From contig JBJEGC010000007.1 of assembly GCA_051874695.1 (NCBI GenBank), positions 231,465-295,464 on the forward strand: a DNA stretch of 64,000 nt, in the 5' to 3' direction. This document shows, in pieces, positions 57,554-64,000 of this stretch. Source of the DNA: Candidatus Bruticola sp. GTDB taxonomy: Bacteria > Vulcanimicrobiota > Xenobia > Xenobiales > Xenobiaceae. A program made the position numbers and the translations under genes. The notes below the pieces were generated by a model that searched no databases, was not told the DNA's origin, and saw only the letters and a program-made list of their open reading frames with translations. How positions within the stretch are numbered: the stretch's first letter is position 1; each line of letters opens with the position of its first letter.

Positions 57554-59986
57554 TTAGAAGCTGGAGAACATGGTCACCTTCAGTTTGCGTCTAGCATTGG
57601 CTGACAGGAAAGCTCCCATGTAATCGGGATCGAGAGTCATACCTATACTGCCTGCATTGATAGTAATGGTTCCTTTGTTATCTTTTCCGGGAGTTTTTGT
57701 TTTGGGATTTGCTCCGTAGGCAACCATAGCTCCGGTAAGATTGAGGGTGCTGTTCTGGCCTATATCGGCATTGATGTTGCCCCAAGCGTAAATAACGCCA
57801 GAAATATCCTGATCAGAATATTTAAGATTGCCGTAACGGGTCAGGAGGTCAGCCAATTGAGCTTCTTTATTGTCGCGGAAGTTGTCGGTGGCCAGATCTT
57901 TATCGATGCAGTCCTGCACATTGTTGATGTCGCTGGGAGAAAGTGACGTATCTGCTTCGGTGGAACCAGTAGGTTGGGTTATAAGCTCCCAGTTATCAAT
58001 GTTCCATAAATATAAATCCAGCCTTCCGGATTTAGAATACAGTAAAGTGGAAAGCTTGTCAGCTTCTGTTTTGTTCATGGTGTTGCAGCCGTTATAAGCC
58101 GGATTTTCTGTCCAGTCTGAATCCCATGGTTCAACTTCACCTATATCATTGTAGAAAGCACTGACCATGGTCTTTCTGTAATCGCAAAATTTATCAAATA
58201 TCTCTTTTGCAGCTTCGATATGTGACTGCTCTTGGAATAAACCTGTGCTAACAGAGGGAGGGTTGCCTTCTGGACCAAAAGGGCCCTGACCGGGTCTGGG
58301 AGGCCTTTCTTGATATTGTAAGGAGGCTATGATATCATTAAAAATTTCACTCCTCAGGTCTTCGTAATCGGTGGAACTTTTGAAGACGTAAACTTGTTTT
58401 GTGCCACTTTCTCCAGTTGTTCCTGATCCGGAAGTTGTGCCGTTGTTGTCGGCTGCTGGCGGATTAGTGGGTTTTATTGTGTCTTTAACTGTAGTGGTCA
58501 GATCTTCGATAGGCAGTAGATTGACATCTTTTTTAGAGTAGATTGAGACACCTACGCCGGGATCCGATTCCAAAATGCTCGGTCCTTGCAGAGAAATGTT
58601 GCCCTCAGAAGTAATAGAGCCTCCTCCCAAAGTAGCGGCCTGTAGGAATATATCACCTGAAGAACTGATAATAGGAGAAGTTTTTGTGTTCGAATTCTCC
58701 AATAGGGCCACAATCGGTCTGGAAGCGCCGCTGTCTTTGTCGTAGCGCACTATGAAAGATGAGTCTTTGCCGTCAGCTACCACCAGAAGATTCTTCGATA
58801 TTTTCATAGTTTGGGTGTCGTTATCTATGGTCATGCCGGGCAGGCTGGTTATAGTAACTGACTTAGCGTCGGCAGGGATAGGCTCGCCGGGAGGATAGTT
58901 GCCCTGGTAACGCTTTAGAACGTTCTTTTTTGTTTCGGGATTGACACTCCATACATAAGTGCCTGCCTCCAGCTTTTCGTATTCCTGGCCGGGAGAATTG
59001 GCTTTAGTTATGTCATCCCACAAAATTTGCGCGAAGTTGTCAGAATCGCTGCTGCTTTGAGCCTTGTAAGTGGCATCTTTGTCGATAGCTTGGCCGTTTA
59101 TGGTGTAGTTGCAGTCTTTACCGTAGTAGAATTGTCCGTTGGCAAAATCAATTTTTTCGCTTTGTACGGTCAGATTCTTTAAGGTGCGGATTTTGGGAGC
59201 AGATCCGCCTTTAGCGTTATCTACGCGCAGAATAGAAGAAGTTGTTTTTAAATCGTTGGCGGCGCAGGCTACCGAATCGGTAAACTGTTCGTCGGCTGCC
59301 AAGCCCAGGTAGCTTTCTACCGTTATGCAAGCAGCATTGCAGCGATCTTTGGGCATATTTAGCATATTTTCTAAACTCAGATCGCGCACTCCGTCGCCGG
59401 CAAAACCTTCTACTACCAGATAGCAGCTCGATTTTTCTAAAACGAAGCTGCTGGAGTTTTCCGCCTCTTGACGGTTTTTGCCGTATTCGTCTTTGTAGCT
59501 TTTCAGCGTGAGGCTGCCTTCTTTGGAAGCGGTGTAAACTTTTGTGGAAGTACTGCTGAAAAGGTTGTTGACGGAAACGTAAGGAGAAGGAATTTTGTCT
59601 GAGCTAGAGCTGTCGTTCAAACCATCGAAGCCGTTATCGCCGTCTTCGTAATTGAACTTAATGCGGAAGAAGGAGCGGCGTCCGTTTTTGCTGTCGAGCA
59701 TGCCGACTACGTTGCCGTTCTTTTCCATAACGCTCAGCCCTTTAGAGCTATCGGAAATAGTTTCGCTTTCGTCGCAGCCCTTCCAGGTAATGTTGTTCTG
59801 CAGTTTGGTAATGGCGTACTGGACGCCCGATTGGGCGGCCATAAGAGCCTGCTCGCGTCCGTAGAAGTTAGAAGCCAGACGCATGCTGCCTAGGTTAGAG
59901 TATACAACTGAACTTAGCAGCATAATTACCAATACTACTGTTAGCATTGTGGTTATTAAAACAATGCCGCGCTTGTTTTTCAGCAT
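57554..59986 (-). CDS. Large PilX-N-domain surface protein, paralog 5 of 6
   Basis: 810 aa from ATG 59986 (MLKNKRG), 9 nt after GGAGG. Near-identical flanks to paralog 6, with a unique cassette at about 58010-58385. Confidence 0.75.
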   Translation of the reverse strand: MLKNKRGIVLITTMLTVVLVIMLLSSVVYSNLGSMRLASNFYGREQALMAAQSGVQYAITKLQNNITWKGCDESETISDSSKGLSVMEKNGNVVGMLDSKNGRRSFFRIKFNYEDGDNGFDGLNDSSSSDKIPSPYVSVNNLFSSTSTKVYTASKEGSLTLKSYKDEYGKNRQEAENSSSFVLEKSSCYLVVEGFAGDGVRDLSLENMLNMPKDRCNAACITVESYLGLAADEQFTDSVACAANDLKTTSSILRVDNAKGGSAPKIRTLKNLTVQSEKIDFANGQFYYGKDCNYTINGQAIDKDATYKAQSSSDSDNFAQILWDDITKANSPGQEYEKLEAGTYVWSVNPETKKNVLKRYQGNYPPGEPIPADAKSVTITSLPGMTIDNDTQTMKISKNLLVVADGKDSSFIVRYDKDSGASRPIVALLENSNTKTSPIISSSGDIFLQAATLGGGSITSEGNISLQGPSILESDPGVGVSIYSKKDVNLLPIEDLTTTVKDTIKPTNPPAADNNGTTSGSGTTGESGTKQVYVFKSSTDYEDLRSEIFNDIIASLQYQERPPRPGQGPFGPEGNPPSVSTGLFQEQSHIEAAKEIFDKFCDYRKTMVSAFYNDIGEVEPWDSDWTENPAYNGCNTMNKTEADKLSTLLYSKSGRLDLYLWNIDNWELITQPTGSTEADTSLSPSDINNVQDCIDKDLATDNFRDNKEAQLADLLTRYGNLKYSDQDISGVIYAWGNINADIGQNSTLNLTGAMVAYGANPKTKTPGKDNKGTITINAGSIGMTLDPDYMGAFLSANARRKLKVTMFSSF

Positions 59987-60140
59987 ATACACTTACCTCC
60001 TTTGTGTAAATTTTGACGGCGCAATTTAATGGCACTTCAGATAATTTTTTTGTAGTTTTTTTGTGATTCTTCGTTTTTTGTCAGTTCTGCCTCTATTTTT
60101 TCGAAAAAGAGGCCTCTTTTAGAATTATTGCACAAACAGA

Positions 60141-60180
60141 GCCCGCGTCCTTTATCAAATCATAATAAAAGAACGCGGGC
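60141..60180 (-). terminator. Terminator-like hairpin downstream of paralog 6
   Basis: GCCCGCGTCCTTTAT..ATAAAAGAACGCGGGC. Confidence 0.55.
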
Positions 60181-60254
60181 CCTGCGTTTTTTTTGATACT
60201 ATTGCGACTTAGTTTGGGCGGATCTGCCAAGAAGCATATCGCCCAAGCTGCGGT

Positions 60255-62654
60255 TTAGAAGCTGGAGAACATGGTCAGCTTCAGTCTGCGTCGAGAGTTG
60301 GCCGACAAGAAGGCTCCCATGTAATCGGGATCGAGGGTCATGCCTATGCTACCTGCATTGATAGTAATGGTTCCTTTGTTATCTTTTCCGGGAGTTTTTG
60401 TCTTGGGATCGGCTCCGTAGGCGACCATGGCTCCAGTGAGGTTGAGGGTGCTGCTTTGGCCTATATCGGCGTTGATATTGCCCCAAGCGTAAATAACGCC
60501 AGAAATGTCTTGATCGGAATATTTGAGTTTGCCGTAGCGGGTCATAAGATCGGCTAATTGGGCTTCTTTGTTGTCGCGGAAATTGTCGGTGGCCAGATCT
60601 TTGTCGATGCAGTTCTGTACATTGTTGATGTCGCTGATAGAAAGCTCCGTATCTGCTTCGGTTGAACCTGTGGACGTAGATTTGGTTGCCGATTCCCAAT
60701 TGTTTATGTTACGGAGGTAGTTGCGTATATCGTTTACCGGATGGTGAGAATCTTCATCACAAAGCTCTATCATCAAAGCATGCCACTCGGTCATGTTCAG
60801 GCCGTCACGCTCTTCAGAGCTGATTGAATCTGAAAAAGATTGATTGAGCTCGTTAGGATTAGTATCTCCGCCATTTTTTACCGTGGTTTCATATTTTTCC
60901 AATTGCGTGCAGTATTTTTCATATATAGATTTAGAAATATTGTAGCTATTGTCATCATTGAAGTTATCGAGACCGAACTTATTTCTTATATGATTGATTA
61001 CTAGTTGAAAAGTGTCCAGCTTCAATTGATCGTATGCTTCGTCTTGTTTAAGAATGTAAACTTCTTCTGTGCCGCTTCCTCCCGTTGTTACCGACCCGGA
61101 AGTGGTGCCGTTGTTGTCGGCCGTTGACGAATTAGCAGGGCTTATCTTGTCTTTGACTGTAGTGGTCAGATCTTCGATAGGCAGCAGATTGACGTCTTTT
61201 TTAGAGTAGATTGAGGCACCCACACCGGGATCCGACTCTAAAATGCTTGGCCCTTGTAGAGAAATGTTGCCCTCGGAAGTAATGGAGCCACCTCCCAAAG
61301 TGGCGGCCTGTAAGAATACGTCACCTGAAGAACTGATAATAGGAGAAGTTTTGGTGTCCGAATTTTCTAATAGGGCTACGATCGGTCTGGAAGCACCGCT
61401 GTCTTTGTCGTAGCGGACTATGAAAGACGAGTTGTCGCCGTCGGCTACCACCAGAAGATTCTTCGATATTTTCATGGTTTGGGTGTCGTTGTCTATGGTC
61501 ATGCCGGGCAGGCTGGTTATGGTAATCGACTTAGCGTCGGCAGGAATAGACTCGCCAGGAGGATAGCTGCCCTGGTAACGCTTTAGAACGTTCTTTTTAG
61601 TTTCGGGATCGACGCTCCATACGTAAGTGCCTGCTTCCAGTTTTTCGTATACCTGGCCGGGAGAATTGGCTTTAGTTATGTCATCCCACAAAATTTGTGC
61701 GAAGTTGTCAGAATCGTTGCTACTTTGAGCCTTGTAAGTAGCATTTTTGTCGATAGCTTGGCCGTTTATGGTGTAGCTGCAGTCTTTGCCGTAGTAAAAC
61801 TGTCCGTTGGCAAAATCAATTTTATCGCTTTGCACGGTCAGATTCTTCAAGGTGCGTATTTTAGGAGCAGATCCGCCCTTAGCGTTATCTACGCGCAGAA
61901 TAGAAGAGGTTGTTTTTAAATCGTTGGCGGCGCAGGCTACCGAATCGGTAAACTGTTCGTCGGCTGCCAAGCCCAGGTAGCCTTCTACCGTTACGCAAGT
62001 AGCATTGCAGCGATCTTTGGGCATGTTCAGCATATCTGATAAATTTAAATCGCGCACTCCGTCGCCGGCAAAGCCTTCCACCACCAAATAACAACTCGAT
62101 TTGTCTAAAACGAAGCTGCTGGAGTTTTCCGCCTCTTGGCGGTCTTTGCCGTATTCGTCTTTGTAGCTTTTCAGTGTGAGGCTGCCCTCTTTGGAAGCAG
62201 TGTAAACTTTAGTGGGAGTACTGCTGAAAAGATTGTTGACAGAAACGTAAGGAGAAGGAATTTTGTCTGAGCTGGAGTTGTTGTTCAGACCATCGAAGCC
62301 GTTTTCGCCGTCCTCGTAGTTGAACTTAATGCGGAAGAATGAACGGCGTCCGTTTTTGCTGTCGATCATACCGACCACGTTGCCGTTCTTTTCCATAACA
62401 CTCAGCCCCGTGGAGCTGTCGGAAATAGTTTCACTTTCGTCGCAGCCTTTCCAGGTAATGTTATTCTGCAGCTTTGTAATGGCATACTGAACGCCCGATT
62501 GGGCGGCCATAAGAGCCTGCTCGCGTCCGTAAAAGTTGGAAGCCAGCCTCATACTGCCCATGTTTGAGTAGACTACCGAACTAAGCAGCATAATTACTAA
62601 CACTACCGTTAGCATGGTAGTGATTAGCACTATGCCCCGTTTGTTTTTTAACAT
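60255..62654 (-). CDS. Large PilX-N-domain surface protein, paralog 6 of 6 (first in transcription order)
   Basis: 799-aa ORF, with AAAGGAGG 5 nt upstream of the ATG. Unique cassette at about 60715-61055. Confidence 0.75.
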   Translation of the reverse strand: MLKNKRGIVLITTMLTVVLVIMLLSSVVYSNMGSMRLASNFYGREQALMAAQSGVQYAITKLQNNITWKGCDESETISDSSTGLSVMEKNGNVVGMIDSKNGRRSFFRIKFNYEDGENGFDGLNNNSSSDKIPSPYVSVNNLFSSTPTKVYTASKEGSLTLKSYKDEYGKDRQEAENSSSFVLDKSSCYLVVEGFAGDGVRDLNLSDMLNMPKDRCNATCVTVEGYLGLAADEQFTDSVACAANDLKTTSSILRVDNAKGGSAPKIRTLKNLTVQSDKIDFANGQFYYGKDCSYTINGQAIDKNATYKAQSSNDSDNFAQILWDDITKANSPGQVYEKLEAGTYVWSVDPETKKNVLKRYQGSYPPGESIPADAKSITITSLPGMTIDNDTQTMKISKNLLVVADGDNSSFIVRYDKDSGASRPIVALLENSDTKTSPIISSSGDVFLQAATLGGGSITSEGNISLQGPSILESDPGVGASIYSKKDVNLLPIEDLTTTVKDKISPANSSTADNNGTTSGSVTTGGSGTEEVYILKQDEAYDQLKLDTFQLVINHIRNKFGLDNFNDDNSYNISKSIYEKYCTQLEKYETTVKNGGDTNPNELNQSFSDSISSEERDGLNMTEWHALMIELCDEDSHHPVNDIRNYLRNINNWESATKSTSTGSTEADTELSISDINNVQNCIDKDLATDNFRDNKEAQLADLMTRYGKLKYSDQDISGVIYAWGNINADIGQSSTLNLTGAMVAYGADPKTKTPGKDNKGTITINAGSIGMTLDPDYMGAFLSANSRRRLKLTMFSSF

Positions 62655-62762
62655 ACTGACCTCCTTTGCTAATTAGTTTCGGAGTATGTTGTACACACGA
62701 AAATTGTGTCAGTTGTTTTTCGCTTGGGCAACGTAGAAAAAACGCATATTTGCCCTCCTTTG

Positions 62763-62792
62763 ATTCTACAATAGCGCAGTTTTTATTTCCAA
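62763..62792 (-). promoter_or_regulatory. Candidate sigma70-type promoter for the paralog array (TTGGAA-18-TAGAAT on the minus strand)
   Basis: The reverse complement of 62787-62792 is TTGGAA and of 62763-62768 is TAGAAT, with an 18-nt spacer. The predicted start site falls just upstream of the uORF RBS. Confidence 0.3.
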
Positions 62793-62808
62793 CTTTGCGG
62801 AAGTAAAT

Positions 62809-62837
62809 TTACAGCGTCTTTATGAAACTTTTATAAT
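62809..62837 (+). promoter_or_regulatory. Candidate divergent promoter TTACAG-17-TATAAT for the plus-strand gene at the window end
   Basis: TTACAG at 62809-62814, a 17-nt spacer, then TATAAT at 62832-62837. Confidence 0.3.
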
Positions 62838-62986
62838 TGCGGTTGTATAGAAAAAAATAGAAATGAATGGCTTTCAACTGTTGTTAACTGATCGCAATAT
62901 GTTACAAAGGAGTGAGATTTTTGCAAAAATGACAAAATAGATAAAAAATCAGCTTGTCTAAGCAGAAAAAAATTTGTAAATTTAAG

Positions 62987-64000
62987 ATGATGAATGGTAG
63001 GACTTTTTTTGTCAGCTTAGCGATTTTCTCGATCCCGCTGGCTGGATCGGGCCTCTCTTGGGCTGTTGGCGCAGATTCCGCCTGCCAAGAAGGCACCGGT
63101 GCTAAACAAAGGCATGAGGCCTCTGAAGTCCTAGGGTTTAATGGTTTAGAAAATACTTCTGTCGTCACCTATACAGAAAAGAGTGAGGAATCGATGAACA
63201 TAAACGTAGAACGTTCTTCCGACTTGTTCCGCGCCAATTCAGTGGTGCAGAATAATGGCGCTGCCGAGTCTAAGCAGACGGCTTCCAAGGCTTCTGCTCC
63301 GGCCGTTCCCGTAGATAGTTTCTCTTTAAATAGTTCCGAGAGCAAAGAGGCCGCCACTGGTCTTCCTAAGCTCAGCGCTGCTCAGGTTAAAGCTGAGTGT
63401 TCAGCCGTGCAGCCTGAAAGCACCGATAAAAAACAGATTCTCTTCCAGTTTGACAGCCGCGGCTGCCCTCAGGCCGAGCTCAGCAATATCGGTCTCAAGG
63501 GCTCTTTCAACAATGAGACCGGCCTTTACGATCAGCATTGGAACGGCGATAAGATCGTTCCCATGCACGATGACGGCCGCAACGGAGATGCCGTGGCCGG
63601 AGACGGCGTTTATACCGCTGCCGTCGATTTGAAAACCGGACAAAACCAGCAATTCAGTTGGGGCGTGGTGGGCGACATCACCGGCAAAGACGGTAAAGTT
63701 CAGAACGCTCAGTGGTTGGTTATGAGCGAAACCAACCCCAATTTCAACTTATCAGATTCCTCAGTACAAACTTATGCTCCCATTCAGACCCATCTTTTCG
63801 GCGTACACAAAGAGGGAGAGGACGGTGTCCGCTTCCAGACTTGGTCTCCCGAAGTAGGTAAAGGCGACTTAGGTAGCTATAAGCTTTATGTTGAGATAAG
63901 TAACCCTCAAACCGGTGAAATCGAAGAGCGTCTGCCCATGGAGAAAAATGAGCAGAACGGTGTCTGGACTCTTACCCAGAACGACGGCTGGAGCAAGCTT
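62987..64000 (+). CDS. 5' part of a CBM48/GH13-type alpha-glucan enzyme (branching enzyme or pullulanase-like), truncated by the window end; not in the supplied ORF track
   Basis: My own translation gives an open frame from ATG-ATG at 62987 to 64000 with no stop. Residues from 63194 read MNINVERSS...KQILFQFDSRGCPQAELSNIGLKGSFNNETGLYDQHWNGDKIVPMHDDG..GVYTAAVDLKTGQNQQFSWGVV (AMPK/CBM48-like). They continue THLFGVHKEGEDGVRFQTWSPEVG...MEKNEQNGVWTL (the GH13 N-terminal CBM48 pattern). The start is ambiguous. 62987 gives a signal-peptide-like MMNGRTFFVSLAIFSIPLAGSGLSWAVGA but has no SD. 63194 has GAGGA 5 nt upstream. Confidence 0.5.
   Translation, partial: MMNGRTFFVSLAIFSIPLAGSGLSWAVGADSACQEGTGAKQRHEASEVLGFNGLENTSVVTYTEKSEESMNINVERSSDLFRANSVVQNNGAAESKQTASKASAPAVPVDSFSLNSSESKEAATGLPKLSAAQVKAECSAVQPESTDKKQILFQFDSRGCPQAELSNIGLKGSFNNETGLYDQHWNGDKIVPMHDDGRNGDAVAGDGVYTAAVDLKTGQNQQFSWGVVGDITGKDGKVQNAQWLVMSETNPNFNLSDSSVQTYAPIQTHLFGVHKEGEDGVRFQTWSPEVGKGDLGSYKLYVEISNPQTGEIEERLPMEKNEQNGVWTLTQNDGWSKL

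Noticed and set aside
60045-60080. Homopolymer T7/T7/T6 runs in the paralog 5 leader as slipped-strand phase-variation tracts.
   Set aside because: The tracts are short compared with known phase-variable homopolymers. They are ordinary for an AT-rich spacer, and no equivalent longer tracts occur in the other spacers.
47128-61919. Numerous 60-143-aa ORFs on both strands inside the six paralogs (for example 50369-50800, 52106-52504, 53452-53775, 56236-56535, 60379-60699).
   Set aside because: All are embedded in the long, mutually supporting paralog reading frames. Similar shadow ORFs recur at equivalent positions simply because the DNA is duplicated.
46726-62654. Diversity-generating retroelement or CRISPR-like explanation for the variable cassettes.
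   Set aside because: The window contains no reverse transcriptase gene. There is no template/variable repeat pair differing mainly at adenines; the cassettes differ wholesale in sequence and length. There are no short direct repeats with spacers.
46726-62654. The paralogs as classical type IV (pseudo)pilins or autotransporters.
   Set aside because: There is no G/FTL(I/L)E prepilin cleavage motif with Glu+5 and no cleavable Sec signal. At ~800 aa they are far larger than pilins. The C-terminal aromatic residue (F/Y) is suggestive of an OMP signal, but the last ~100 aa do not look like a beta-barrel domain. I keep only the PilX_N-like anchor call.
62902-63652. Minus-strand track ORFs 62902-63168, 63169-63357 and 63401-63652.
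   Set aside because: All lie antisense to a 338-codon open plus-strand frame with recognisable CBM48-like motifs. Their own products have no features.

Overview
This 64-kb window comes from an LPS-making (diderm) bacterium. I found no rRNA, tRNA, CRISPR array, transposase or integrase. Gene density is high, and most genes have GGAGG-type ribosome-binding sites.

**0-17 kb: lipid A / LPS-transport supercluster.**
- One operon carries a Gfo/Idh/MocA oxidoreductase, lpxA, a double-module lpxB fusion and an ICMT-type methyltransferase.
- A convergent operon carries a Pro-rich/TPR protein, a small unknown, a TldD/PmbA-like protein, lpxD, a small membrane protein, a metallophosphoesterase with an LpxH-like GNR motif, and a third LpxB-related glycosyltransferase.
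- An lptC-like gene, lptB and an lptF/G-family permease follow.

**17-46.7 kb: mixed housekeeping and envelope genes.**
- These include a Sel1-repeat protein, an acetyltransferase, DUF554, PSP1/RicT, PepF, PFOR, an M48 protease, HtpG, MFS and POT transporters, and a C-N hydrolase.
- There is one ECF sigma/anti-sigma module.
- A second, atypical module pairs a sigma-like protein and an anti-sigma factor with a catalytically degenerate ABC-ATPase-like protein.

**46.7-62.7 kb: the stand-out region.**
- Six tandem, same-strand paralogs of about 800 aa each have their own RBS and terminator hairpin.
- Each has a PilX-type N-terminal hydrophobic anchor and a conserved beta-helix-like scaffold.
- Each also carries a central cassette of about 110-215 aa that differs in every copy. 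The flanks of neighbouring copies are, by eye, about 85-95% identical.
- One copy is frameshifted.
- I read this as a diversified cell-surface or pilus-associated adhesin cassette family. Its function is not established by anything visible here.

**Right edge.** An ORF absent from the supplied track runs off the end of the window (62987 or 63194 to 64000, + strand). It looks like the N-terminus of a CBM48/GH13-type alpha-glucan enzyme.

**Limits.** All family assignments come from motif recognition by eye; no searches were run. The LpxB-related GT family and a DUF3084-like protein make me think of the Cyanobacteria/Melainabacteria neighbourhood, but that is a weak inference.
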